64,000 bases of DNA from Acetobacteraceae bacterium (GTDB lineage: Bacteria; Pseudomonadota; Alphaproteobacteria; Acetobacterales; Acetobacteraceae). The translations under genes and the position numbers were made by a program. The notes under the pieces are model-generated. The model was given only the letters and a program-made list of their open reading frames with translations. It was not told the DNA's origin and did not search any database. The stretch covers positions 1,411 to 65,410 of the forward strand of contig DAIDJM010000024.1 in assembly GCA_027451405.1 (NCBI GenBank). Direction: 5' to 3'. Below are positions 53,828 through 62,932 of this stretch, piece after piece. Position 1 is the first letter of the stretch; each line of letters starts with the position of its first letter.

Positions 53828-55120
53828 TCAGCACGCGGCGAGGCGGTCGGCGAGGCTGCGGGCGTGGGCGGTGAGGCCCTCGGCTTCGGCGAGGCGGATG
53901 GCGGCGGGGGCGAGCGCCCGGATCGAGGCGGGCCGGGCTTCGATCCAGGTGGTGCGTTTGAGGAAGTCGAAGATCGAGAGGCCGCTCGAGAAACGCGCGG
54001 TGCGGCCGGTGGGGAGCACGTGGTTGGGGCCGGCGATGTAGTCGCCGAGCGCTTCGGGCGTGTGCGGGCCCACGAAGATGGCGCCGGCGTGGCGGATGCG
54101 GGCGAAGAGCGGGGCCGGGTCGGCCACCATGATCTGCAGATGTTCGGGGGCGAGCCGGTCGGTGAGTGCGGCGGCCTCTTCCCAGTCCGCGACCAGCAGG
54201 ATCGCGCCATGGTCGCGCCAGCTCGCGCCGGCGATGTCGGCGCGGGGCAGGGCCGGGATGGCGCGCGTGACGGCGTCGGCGACCGCGTCGGCGAATCGGG
54301 CGTCGTCGGTGATGAGGATGGCTTGCGCGGCTTCGTCGTGCTCGGCCTGGGCGAGCAGGTCGATGGCGACCCGCTCCGGGTCGTTGGCGGCGTCGGCCAG
54401 GATCACGACCTCGGAGGGGCCGGCGACCGAATCGATGCCGACGCGGCCGAAGACCTGGCGCTTGGCCTCGGCGACCCAGGCATTGCCGGGGCCGACGATG
54501 CGGTCGACTGGGGTGATCGTCCCGGTGCCGTAGGCCAGCGCCGCGACGGCCTGGGCGCCGCCGACCCGGTAGATCTCGCCGACCCCGGCGCGGCGGGCGG
54601 CGGCGAGCACGAGCGGGTTGAGCTGGCCGCCGGGGGCGGGGGTGCACATCGCGATGCGGGGGACGCCGGCGATGCGGGCCGGGATCGCGTTCATCAGCAC
54701 CGAGGACGGGTAGGCCGCCTTGCCGCCCGGAACGTAGAGGCCGGCGGCGTCGAGCGCGGTCCAGCGCAGGCCCATGGTGACGCCCTCATCGTCATGCATC
54801 TGCATGTCCACGGGGCGCTGCGCGCAGTGGAAGGTCTCGATGCGGGTGGCGGCGAGATCGAGGGCGGCGAGGAGGGCGGGGTCGAGCGTGGCCAGGGCGG
54901 CGTCGATCTCGGGCTCGGTGACGCGGAGGGTTTCGGCTGTCACGGGGTTGCGGTCGAAGCGGGCGGTGAAGTCGCAGAGGGCGCGGTCGCCGTCGGCCCG
55001 CACCGCGGCGAGGATCGCGGCGACCTCGGCATCGAGGCGCGCGGTGGTGTCGCGGGATTGCTGGAGGAGGGCGGCGAAGCGGGGCGCGAAGTCCGGCTCG
55101 CCGGTCGAGAGGCGAATCAC
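53828..55120 (-). CDS. hisD: Histidinol dehydrogenase
   Basis: The GTG at 55120 overlaps the hisG stop (GTGA). Motifs [24 protein letters not shown] and GPNHVLPTG are present. Confidence 0.93.
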   Translation of the reverse strand: MIRLSTGEPDFAPRFAALLQQSRDTTARLDAEVAAILAAVRADGDRALCDFTARFDRNPVTAETLRVTEPEIDAALATLDPALLAALDLAATRIETFHCAQRPVDMQMHDDEGVTMGLRWTALDAAGLYVPGGKAAYPSSVLMNAIPARIAGVPRIAMCTPAPGGQLNPLVLAAARRAGVGEIYRVGGAQAVAALAYGTGTITPVDRIVGPGNAWVAEAKRQVFGRVGIDSVAGPSEVVILADAANDPERVAIDLLAQAEHDEAAQAILITDDARFADAVADAVTRAIPALPRADIAGASWRDHGAILLVADWEEAAALTDRLAPEHLQIMVADPAPLFARIRHAGAIFVGPHTPEALGDYIAGPNHVLPTGRTARFSSGLSIFDFLKRTTWIEARPASIRALAPAAIRLAEAEGLTAHARSLADRLAAC

Positions 55121-55779
55121 GCGGCTTCCGGCTGGGCTTCGATCGCGCTGCGGAAGCGGGCGATCCAGGCGCCGACGCGCTCGGGGTCGGTCTTGAGCGC
55201 GGTGCGGTTGACGATCAGCCGGCTGGTGACGTCGGCGATCACTTCGGTTTCGCGGAGTCCGTTGGCGCGGAGCGTGGAGCCGGTCTGGACGAGGTCGACG
55301 ATCAGGCGGGCGAGGCCGAGGCCCGGGGCGATCTCCATGGCGCCGTTGAGATGCACGACTTCGGCGGCGATTCCGCGGGCGGCGAAATGGCGCCGCGCGA
55401 CGGCGGGATATTTGGTGGCGACGCGGACCGCGGACCAGCGGCGCGGATCCTCCGGCGTGTCGGATTCCGGGGCGGCGACGCTGATGCGGCAGGCGCCGAT
55501 GCCGAGATCGAGCGGCGCGTAGATGTCGGGGTAGTCGAACTCCATGAGCACGTCGCCGCCGCAGATGCCGAGCTCGGCGGCGCCGTAGGCGACGAAAGTG
55601 GCGACGTCGAACGGGCGGACGCGGATGACGTCGAGGCCGGGATGGTCGGTGGGGAAGCGGAGCCGGCGGCTGTCCTCGTCGGTATAGTCGGGGGCCGGCA
55701 TGATGCCGGCGCGGGCGAGGAGCGGGCCGCATTCGGCAAGGATGCGGCCTTTCGGGACGGCGAGGACAAGGGGACGCAT
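55117..55779 (-). CDS. hisG: ATP phosphoribosyltransferase, short form
   Basis: MRPLVLAVPKGRILAE, ...LGICGGDVL... and DLVQTGSTLRANGL. Confidence 0.9.
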   Translation of the reverse strand: MRPLVLAVPKGRILAECGPLLARAGIMPAPDYTDEDSRRLRFPTDHPGLDVIRVRPFDVATFVAYGAAELGICGGDVLMEFDYPDIYAPLDLGIGACRISVAAPESDTPEDPRRWSAVRVATKYPAVARRHFAARGIAAEVVHLNGAMEIAPGLGLARLIVDLVQTGSTLRANGLRETEVIADVTSRLIVNRTALKTDPERVGAWIARFRSAIEAQPEAA

Positions 55780-55804
55780 GGCGGGCGAGGCGGTATCACC
55801 CTGC

Positions 55805-55832
55805 GCCTCCGGCGGCCAGAGGTTCTGCCTCT
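55805..55832 (-). repeat. REP-A partial copy A18 (hairpin-2 half only)
   Basis: GCCTCCGGCGGCCAGAGGTTCTGCCTCT. Confidence 0.5.
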
Positions 55833-55892
55833 TGATCGACGAAACCGTCTGCCCCCGGGGACCGGGCAGAGCCCTGCCCCCGGCGACGCGCC

Positions 55893-56057
55893 TCAGCCGC
55901 AATGACCCGGATGCCAGCGTCCGTACACGCCGTAATGGCCGGGTATCCAGTGATACGGGTAGGGGCAGCCCCGATAGCCGGGCCCCGGGGGCGGCGCCAC
56001 GTAGCAGCCGGAGAGCGCCAGGCCGGCGGCGCACAACGCCAACAATCGCAGTTTCAT
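55893..56057 (-). CDS. 54-aa lipoprotein rich in Pro/Gly/Tyr/His/Trp/Cys (not on ORF track)
   Basis: MKLRLLALCAAGLALSGCYVAPPPGPGYRGCPYPYHWIPGHYGVYGRWHPGHCG. It has the lipobox LSGC and lies between murA and hisG. Confidence 0.5.
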   Translation of the reverse strand: MKLRLLALCAAGLALSGCYVAPPPGPGYRGCPYPYHWIPGHYGVYGRWHPGHCG

Positions 56058-56073
56058 CAGAGCCCCCAGGCGT

Positions 56074-57336
56074 TCAGTCCGTCAGCCGCTCGATATCGGC
56101 GCCGCAGGCCGCGAGTTGCCGCTCGACGGCTTCGTAACCCCGATCCAGATGGTAGACACGGTTCACGATGGTTTCGCCCTGCGCCGCGAGTCCGGCAAGC
56201 ACCAGCGAGACCGAGGCGCGCAGGTCGGTGGCCATGACGGGCGCGCCCTGGAGCGCGGGGACGCCGCGCACGATGGCCGAGGCGCCGTGGACATTGATGC
56301 GGGCGCCCATGCGGTTGAGCTCGGGCGCGTGCATGAAGCGGTTCTCGAAAATCGTCTCGGTGATCATCGCGGCGCCCTCGGCCACGCACATCAGGCTCAT
56401 GAACTGGGCCTGCATGTCGGTGGGGAAGCCGGGATAGGGCTCGGTCTTCACGTCGGTGCCGTGCAGACCGTCGAGGCGGCGGACGGCGACGCCCCGTTCG
56501 TGCTCGCTGAGCTCGACGCCGGCTTCGGCGAGCGGGGTGGCGAGCGCGGCCAGATGGTCGAGGCGGGCGCCGGCGAGCGTGACGCTGCCGCCGGCGATGG
56601 CGGCGGCGCAGGCATAGGTGCCGGCCTCGATGCGGTCGGGGACGATCGGGTGTTCGGCGCCGTGCAGGCGGGGGACGCCCTCGATCGTCAGCTTGCCGGA
56701 GCCGATGCCGTCGATCCTGGCGCCCATGGCGGTGAGGCAGAGGGCGAGGTCGCAGATTTCCGGCTCGCGGGCGGCATTGGCGAGCGTGGTGACGCCGTCC
56801 GCGAGGGAGGCGGCCATCAGCAGATTCTCGGTGGCGCCGACCGAGACCGAGGGGAAGAGGATGTCGGCGCCGCGCAGGCCCGCGGGCGCGCGGGCATGGA
56901 CGTAGCCGCCATCGAGGCGGATCTCGGCGCCCATCTGTTCGAGACCCTTGAGATGCAGGTCGACGGGCCGGGCGCCGATGGCGCAGCCGCCGGGGAGCGA
57001 GACCTGGGCCTCGCGGCAGCGGGCCAGCAGCGGGCCGAGCACGAGGATCGAGGCGCGCATTTTGCGCACGATGTCGTAGGGGGCGAGCGTGCTCGTGATG
57101 GGGCCGCCCAGCGAGAGGATGCGGCCGTCATTGCCGATCCGGTCGGTGGCGATGCCGTGCTGGGCGAGCAGGATCGCCATGGTTTCGATGTCGGCGAGCA
57201 GCGGGACGTTCGAGAGGATCAGGCGCTCGTCGGTGAGCAGGCCGGCGGCCATGAGCGGCAGGGCGGCGTTCTTGGCGCCGTGGATGAGGATTTCGCCGTC
57301 GAGGGGGCGGCCGCCGCGGATTCGGATTCGGTCCAT
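56074..57336 (-). CDS. murA: UDP-N-acetylglucosamine 1-carboxyvinyltransferase
   Basis: [27 protein letters not shown] and [15 protein letters not shown] (active-site Cys). Confidence 0.95.
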   Translation of the reverse strand: MDRIRIRGGRPLDGEILIHGAKNAALPLMAAGLLTDERLILSNVPLLADIETMAILLAQHGIATDRIGNDGRILSLGGPITSTLAPYDIVRKMRASILVLGPLLARCREAQVSLPGGCAIGARPVDLHLKGLEQMGAEIRLDGGYVHARAPAGLRGADILFPSVSVGATENLLMAASLADGVTTLANAAREPEICDLALCLTAMGARIDGIGSGKLTIEGVPRLHGAEHPIVPDRIEAGTYACAAAIAGGSVTLAGARLDHLAALATPLAEAGVELSEHERGVAVRRLDGLHGTDVKTEPYPGFPTDMQAQFMSLMCVAEGAAMITETIFENRFMHAPELNRMGARINVHGASAIVRGVPALQGAPVMATDLRASVSLVLAGLAAQGETIVNRVYHLDRGYEAVERQLAACGADIERLTD

Positions 57337-57392
57337 GCGGGCAGTTTAAGGGATTTGCCTGCCCGCGGCAGGGGAGGCGCCGGGCCCTGACG

Positions 57393-57947
57393 TCAGAGTT
57401 TGGGCAGCGCCACGCCGCGCTGGTGCATGTATTTGCCGGCCTTGTCGCGGTAGCTCACTTCCGGCGGGGCGCTGCCCTGCAGGAACAGGAACTGGCAGAT
57501 GCCTTCGTTGGCGTAGATGCGCGCGGGCAACGGGGTGGTGTTGCTGATTTCGATCGTGACCTGGCCTTCCCATTCGGGCTCGAGCGGGGTGACGTTCACG
57601 ATGATGCCGCAGCGCGCATAGGTGGATTTGCCGAGGCAGATCACGAGCACGTCGCGCGGGATGCGGAAATATTCGACCGTGTGGGCGAGGGCGAAGCTGT
57701 TCGGCGGGATGATCGCGACATCGCCCTTGCGGGTGACGAAACTTTCCGCGCGGAAATCCTTCGGATCGACGATGGCGCTGTCCACGTTGGTGAAGATGCG
57801 GAATTCGTCGGCGACGCGGGCGTCGTAGCCGTAGCTCGAGAGGCCGTAGGAAATCACGCCCTCCCGCTTCTGGGTCTCGACGAAAGGCTCGATCATGCCG
57901 TGATCGCGCGCGCGGGCGCGGATCCAGCTGTCGGGCATCACGGGCAT
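57393..57947 (-). CDS. dcd: dCTP deaminase
   Basis: [28 protein letters not shown] and [16 protein letters not shown]. Confidence 0.93.
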   Translation of the reverse strand: MPVMPDSWIRARARDHGMIEPFVETQKREGVISYGLSSYGYDARVADEFRIFTNVDSAIVDPKDFRAESFVTRKGDVAIIPPNSFALAHTVEYFRIPRDVLVICLGKSTYARCGIIVNVTPLEPEWEGQVTIEISNTTPLPARIYANEGICQFLFLQGSAPPEVSYRDKAGKYMHQRGVALPKL

Positions 57948-58098
57948 TCGGGCGTCCCGGCTTCGCGCTCGCGGGCCTGGGCCTTGCGGCGGCGGAGATT
58001 TTCCCGGAGCGCGGCGGCCTCGCGCTCGAGACGGGTGGCGCGGGCCTGCTCGGCTTCCGGGGTCAACGCGGGGCGAGGTTTGCGGGCGTCGGGTTCCA

Positions 58099-58099
<1 letters not shown>
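57938..58099 (-). CDS. Possible 53-aa Arg/Glu-rich ORF between tRNA-Thr and dcd
   Basis: [53 protein letters not shown]. The ATG abuts the tRNA 3' end and the stop overlaps the dcd start by 10 nt. The longer track ORF (to 58315) runs through the tRNA and is rejected. Confidence 0.3.
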
Positions 58100-58173
<74 letters not shown>

Positions 58174-58226
58174 GCCGGGGCCATGAGCCGCGCCTGATTA
58201 GTCCGCGGGGGCTGGGGCCGCAACCC

Positions 58227-58601
58227 TCAGAGACGGATGACGCCGCGGCGCGCCGCCTCGGCCACCGCGTCCGTGCGGCCGACCGCGTCGAGCTTCTCGA
58301 GCAGCTGCCCGACATGGAACTTGGCGGTGTGCACCGAGATGCCGAGACGGCGGGCGATTTCCTTGTTGGAGGCGCCCTCGCTCAGCAATTCCACGACCTC
58401 GAGCTCGCGCGCGGTCAAGCCGGTGGCGCGGTCGGCGGGCAGGGTCTCGGCGATGAGGGCGAGTTCGGCGGGCTCGCCGTCGGCGGCGAGGCGCAGGCCG
58501 GGCACGGCGGCGAGCCGGGCGGCCGCCCGCGCGGCGAGCGCCGGGTCGCGGACCCGGAGTGCCACGACCAGGGGCGGTTCGGCGCCGTCGCTGCCGCTCA
58601 C
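58227..58601 (-). CDS. Small LuxR-family HTH protein
   Basis: The GTG at 58601 overlaps the upstream stop (GTGA). The C-terminus reads LTARELEVVELLSEGASNKEIARRLGISVHTAKFHVGQLLEKL. Confidence 0.75.
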   Translation of the reverse strand: MSGSDGAEPPLVVALRVRDPALAARAAARLAAVPGLRLAADGEPAELALIAETLPADRATGLTARELEVVELLSEGASNKEIARRLGISVHTAKFHVGQLLEKLDAVGRTDAVAEAARRGVIRL

Positions 58602-59476
58602 CCGCCCACCGTGAGGCTGATGCTGCGCGGCTCGCCGGCGCGGCGCAGGCCGAGTGTCACGGCCTGCCCGACGCTGTCGGGGCCGAGCGCGCGCAACATG
58701 GCGGCGATGCCGGGGAAGGGCTGGCCGTTCCAGGTGACGATCACGTCGCCTTGCCGCAGACCGGCGGCCTCGGCGGCGCTGCCGGGCTCGACGCTGATGA
58801 TCATGGCGGCCTCGCAACCATCGCCGTCGGCGCGCACGGGCTTGAGCGCGAGACCGAGACGGCCGCGCGGGATGCGGCCGTGACGCTCGAGCGCGGGCAC
58901 GACCCGGTGCAGCGTCGCCGCCGGGATCAGCAGCACGCGGCGGCGCGGGCCGAACACGGCCATGCCGAGCGCGCGGCCCTGCGCGTCGAGGACGAGACCG
59001 CCTTCCGCCTCGCGCCTGAGCCGGAGATCCAGTTCCACACGCGCATCGATACGTCCGCCGCGCATGGATTCCCATTCGGGCCCGAGCGACGCGACGATGC
59101 CGAGCGCGGCCAGCGGTTCGCCCTGACAGGCGCCGGCGGCGAGCACGAGCGCGCCGGGCGCCGGCGGCGGCGGCGGCGCCTCCGCCGAGACCGGGGCGAG
59201 GTCCGCTTGTTGCACACGCAGAACGGCGATGTCGGTCGCCGGATCGCGGCCGGCGAGCCGCGCCTCGCGCTGCGCGCCGCCGGCGAGCAGGATGGTGAAG
59301 CTGTCACTCTCGCCAAGCGCCTCGTCGGCGGTGACGATGAGGTCGGCGGACCAGGCGAAGCCGCTGGCGCGGCCATGGTTGCCGGCGACGGTCACGATCT
59401 GGTTGCGGCGCCGATCCAAGGCCGCGCTGAACGCGCGCGAGATGGAGTCGAGACCGGCGTTGGAAGCGTCTGTCAT
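58598..59476 (-). CDS. Cytoplasmic HtrA/DegP-like trypsin-fold + PDZ protein lacking the catalytic His and Ser (pseudoprotease)
   Basis: SGFAWSADLIVTADEAL sits where S1C proteases have ...TNxHV. DIAVLRV keeps the Asp. EAEGGLVLDAQGRALGM sits where GNSGGP is expected. The PDZ-like region is ...VEPGSAAEAAGLRQGDVIVTWNG... No signal peptide is seen. Confidence 0.7.
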   Translation of the reverse strand: MTDASNAGLDSISRAFSAALDRRRNQIVTVAGNHGRASGFAWSADLIVTADEALGESDSFTILLAGGAQREARLAGRDPATDIAVLRVQQADLAPVSAEAPPPPPAPGALVLAAGACQGEPLAALGIVASLGPEWESMRGGRIDARVELDLRLRREAEGGLVLDAQGRALGMAVFGPRRRVLLIPAATLHRVVPALERHGRIPRGRLGLALKPVRADGDGCEAAMIISVEPGSAAEAAGLRQGDVIVTWNGQPFPGIAAMLRALGPDSVGQAVTLGLRRAGEPRSISLTVGG

Positions 59477-59656
59477 CGCGCTGTCTCCCTCGCCGGTATG
59501 TGCGGTGGGCGGGCGGCGGCGACCACTGCCATGGTGGGCAGGCGGTCCGTTCCGTGGCCGGAGGGACGTCGAACGGCGGCGACCGGCGGGTCCGCTCGGG
59601 CTTCGGCGCGGTCGATGTCGGGTGGGTCGGGAACCGAGGCAAGCCCCGCGCGGGGG

Positions 59657-60817
59657 TCAGGCGGCGAACTGGGCGGCGTGCGGGGCGATTTTCGTCTCGA
59701 ACGTCCTGAGCGCGGCGGCGATCGCCTGGTGCATGTCGAGATAGCGATAGGTGCCGAGCCGGCCGCCGAAGATCACGCGGCTTTCGGCCTCGGCGAGGCG
59801 CGCGTATTCCGCGTAGCGGCCGGCATCCGCTCTCGTATCGATCGGATAATAAGGCTCGTCGCCCCGGCCGGCGAAGCGCGAATATTCGCGCATGATGAGG
59901 GTGACGTCGTTTCGGTAGCGTCGCTCAGGGTGAAGGTGGCGGAATTCGTGGATGCGCGTCCAGCGCACGTCCGGGTCGGGGTAGTTCACGACGGCGGCGC
60001 CTTGAAAGTCGGCAACCGGGGGCCGCTCGATTTCGAAATCCAGAGTGCGCCAGCCGAGTTCGCCGCAGCGATAGCCGAAATAGCGGTCGATCGGGCCAGT
60101 ATAGACGATGAGGGCCTCCGGATTGAGCTGGTCGCGCACATCGAAGAAGTCGCAATCGCAGAGAGCGGTGATGCGCCGGTCGGCGAAGATGCGATCGAAA
60201 ATGGCGTGATAGCCGGCGGCCGGAAGTCCCTCGTAGAGGTCGCTGAAATAGAAATCGTTGTAGTTGAGGCGGACCGGCAGGCGCTTGATGGTCTCGGCCG
60301 GGAGCGTCCGCGGGTCGGTCTCCCATTGCTTCGCCGTATAGCCACGGATGAACGCATCGTAGAGCGCGCGGCCGATCTGTGAGACCGCCTTCTCCTCTAG
60401 GTTGCGAGGCTGGGTGACGGCTTCGCGCGCGGTCAGCTCACCGACGAAGCCCGCGGCCTGGGCCGGGGTGAGATCGAGGTCGAAGAAGCGGTTGAGCGTC
60501 ATCAGGTTGATCGGCATGGTGTACATGCGTCCCTTGTGCCGGGTCAGGACGCGATGGCGGTAGTGGGTGAAGTCGGAGAAGCGGCGTATCCAGGACCAGA
60601 CCTCGGCATTCGAGGTATGGAATAGATGGCTGCCGTAACGATGATATTCGATGCCGGTCTCCGGGTCGATTTCGGAATGGCTGTTGCCGCCCAGATGATG
60701 GCGCCGCTCGAGGACGAGGACCGGCGCCCCGAGCACGGTCGCGATCCGTTCAGCGATGGTCGCCCCGAAGAAGCCGCTGCCGGCGATCACGTAGCGGAAT
60801 TGCCGCAGCCCGGTCAT
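59657..60817 (-). CDS. glf: UDP-galactopyranose mutase
   Basis: YVIAGSGFFGATIAERI (FAD motif), YGSHLFHTSN and YTAKQWE. Confidence 0.9.
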   Translation of the reverse strand: MTGLRQFRYVIAGSGFFGATIAERIATVLGAPVLVLERRHHLGGNSHSEIDPETGIEYHRYGSHLFHTSNAEVWSWIRRFSDFTHYRHRVLTRHKGRMYTMPINLMTLNRFFDLDLTPAQAAGFVGELTAREAVTQPRNLEEKAVSQIGRALYDAFIRGYTAKQWETDPRTLPAETIKRLPVRLNYNDFYFSDLYEGLPAAGYHAIFDRIFADRRITALCDCDFFDVRDQLNPEALIVYTGPIDRYFGYRCGELGWRTLDFEIERPPVADFQGAAVVNYPDPDVRWTRIHEFRHLHPERRYRNDVTLIMREYSRFAGRGDEPYYPIDTRADAGRYAEYARLAEAESRVIFGGRLGTYRYLDMHQAIAAALRTFETKIAPHAAQFAA

Positions 60818-61740
60818 GCATGACCCGCCGGGGCCAGGGCACGGCGCAGATTGCGGGTCATTTTTTCAGCGAAACTGCGGGTTACGGCCTGGAGGTAGAG
60901 CGGCGCCGGCAAGCGGCGGAGCTTGCGGTGGAACAGGCTGTTCGGATCGAGATAACCGCTTATGCCGACGTGATATTTGAGGAGGCTTTCGATGTAGCGC
61001 GGCGGGTCGAGGACCGGATGGATGAAGCCGCGCGGGGTTCGTGTTTCCGGATCGTCCTCGAGATAAGGCGGCCAGTGGTCGTAGCGGGTGGTGTCGCCGA
61101 ACCGCGAGAGTTCGGCCATGCGCATGCCGGCGAGGGCCAGTTCGGTCGGAATGAAGCCTTCGCACATCGGCCAGGCGGACAGCTTTCCTTCCTTGAAATC
61201 CGCCGACAGCGCCAGCCGGCGCTCGCGAAGATGGCGGAGCGCGGCGGCAGAGAAGAGCGCGATGCAGATGAGTTGATGCCGAATGTCGTGGTCCGGGTAG
61301 GCGGCGAGACAGGTCGGCAACCAGTACCACTGGGGCGTTGGCTCGCCTTTGCTGAGTCCGACGAAGTCGATCGCTTCGCGAGCGGCCTGCGCCGCAAACG
61401 ACGCCAGATCGAGCGAGATGATCGCGTCATATTCGCAGACGATGTAGGAATCGTAGCCGGGCGCGAGATCGAGGAGAGCGTAGATCGGGTAATCGCCGTT
61501 GAACCAGAGCAAATGGCCGGTGCCGGCATCCGCGTAGCCCTGCGCCAGCAAATCCGGTGCCGTGATGCTCAGGACATGGTCGTGAGGGATCGGTCCGGCG
61601 GGTCCGGCGGTCTCGTCGATGAGCACGAACAGGTCGCAACCTTCGGACCGCGCGCGAATTCGGTGGAATTGACGCTCGACGAACGGATCCCAGAAATGGG
61701 TGCGGAAGATGACCGCGCTGCGCGGGGCCGCCGCCGTCAT
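60814..61740 (-). CDS. Hypothetical 308-aa protein within a polysaccharide cluster
   Basis: The ORF is coupled by ATGA overlaps at both ends, to glf and to the GT4 gene. I recognise no motif. Confidence 0.6.
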   Translation of the reverse strand: MTAAAPRSAVIFRTHFWDPFVERQFHRIRARSEGCDLFVLIDETAGPAGPIPHDHVLSITAPDLLAQGYADAGTGHLLWFNGDYPIYALLDLAPGYDSYIVCEYDAIISLDLASFAAQAAREAIDFVGLSKGEPTPQWYWLPTCLAAYPDHDIRHQLICIALFSAAALRHLRERRLALSADFKEGKLSAWPMCEGFIPTELALAGMRMAELSRFGDTTRYDHWPPYLEDDPETRTPRGFIHPVLDPPRYIESLLKYHVGISGYLDPNSLFHRKLRRLPAPLYLQAVTRSFAEKMTRNLRRALAPAGHA

Positions 61741-62930
61741 GACAGCCCGCGTTGGGCGGGATAGGCGATCGGCGTCGTGATGCCGATGCGACCGGTCCGG
61801 CGGACGTCCCGATAAAGAAGGCGGGTCCGATCGGCAATATCGGTCCAGCTCGGCATCGTATCGGCCAACGCACGAACCGCGGTTCCGGCGCTCGCCCGCC
61901 AGGCGGCATCGGTGATGGCATGGGCCAACGCGTCGGCCAGGCCGTCGATATCGCCGGGTTCGAACAGCAGGCCGTGCGTGCCGTGGGTCAGCATTTCCGC
62001 AAAGGCGCCGAGCCGGCTGGCGAGAATCGGCGTGCCATGGGCGATGGCGAGCGAGAGCACGCCGCTCGCCTCGATTTCCCGGTAGGGGAAGACGGCGACC
62101 GTCGTGGGACCGAACAGCGCGCGAATATCGCTGTCCGCGACGAAATCAGGCTCGATTCGCATATGCGTGCCGACGCCGAGTTCGGACGCGCGCCGAAGCA
62201 GCGGATCGAGCGGCATGTGGGGCTGGCCTACGATGCGCAGTCTCGCGCGATCGCGAAGCGCAGCCGGCAGCCGGCCGAAAGCCTCGATCAGCAGATCCGC
62301 GCCTTTGTAGGGCTTGATCTTTCCGAACAGCAGGAATTGGACATGCCCCGTGTCGGGCGCGGACGCGGCGCGTGGTTCGGCGAGCGGCCCGTGCGGGATC
62401 ACGGCGATGCGCGCGCTGGGAATTCCCATGGCCTGCAGCCTCGATCGGCCTTGATCCGTGTGCACGATGAGCCGGTCGAAGATTTTGAGCGCGCGATGGA
62501 AGCCTATGCGCTGAAGGGAAGCCGCCGGATTGCCGTTGAAAGGGCAGGTGTCGTGCACCGTCATGACCAAAGGGGCGACGCGCTGGAGCCAGCGCAGCAT
62601 CGGCGCATCCAGCCAGGGCAGCGGCAGCCATTGCACATGGATGATGTCGGGGTGGCAGGCGCGCAGCGCGGCGGCGAAACGCAGCAGCGACGCGGCGTGG
62701 TCCGCTCCTTTGAGACCGAGCCGGAGCGGCGCCGGAAGCCGCCGCGCGCGCGCATGTTCCGATAACGGATAAAAGTCGGGCCGCAGCGCGATGTCGCCGG
62801 GATCGCCGTCATCGGGACGCAGAGGGCGGCCGTGCAGGATGACCGCGTCGCCTGCGCGGTGCAGGGCAGAGGCGAGCGCGCGGTCATAGGGCAGCGTGAA
62901 CAGCGAAGGGTCGACCAGCGATATGCGCAT
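61737..62930 (-). CDS. Glycosyltransferase, GT4 (GT-B fold) family
   Basis: ATG at 62930: MRISLVDPSLFTLPYD... Later motifs are FLLFGKIKPYKGADLL and FPYREIEASGVLSLAIAHGTPILASRLGAFAE. Confidence 0.8.
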   Translation of the reverse strand: MRISLVDPSLFTLPYDRALASALHRAGDAVILHGRPLRPDDGDPGDIALRPDFYPLSEHARARRLPAPLRLGLKGADHAASLLRFAAALRACHPDIIHVQWLPLPWLDAPMLRWLQRVAPLVMTVHDTCPFNGNPAASLQRIGFHRALKIFDRLIVHTDQGRSRLQAMGIPSARIAVIPHGPLAEPRAASAPDTGHVQFLLFGKIKPYKGADLLIEAFGRLPAALRDRARLRIVGQPHMPLDPLLRRASELGVGTHMRIEPDFVADSDIRALFGPTTVAVFPYREIEASGVLSLAIAHGTPILASRLGAFAEMLTHGTHGLLFEPGDIDGLADALAHAITDAAWRASAGTAVRALADTMPSWTDIADRTRLLYRDVRRTGRIGITTPIAYPAQRGLS

Positions 62931-62932
62931 GA

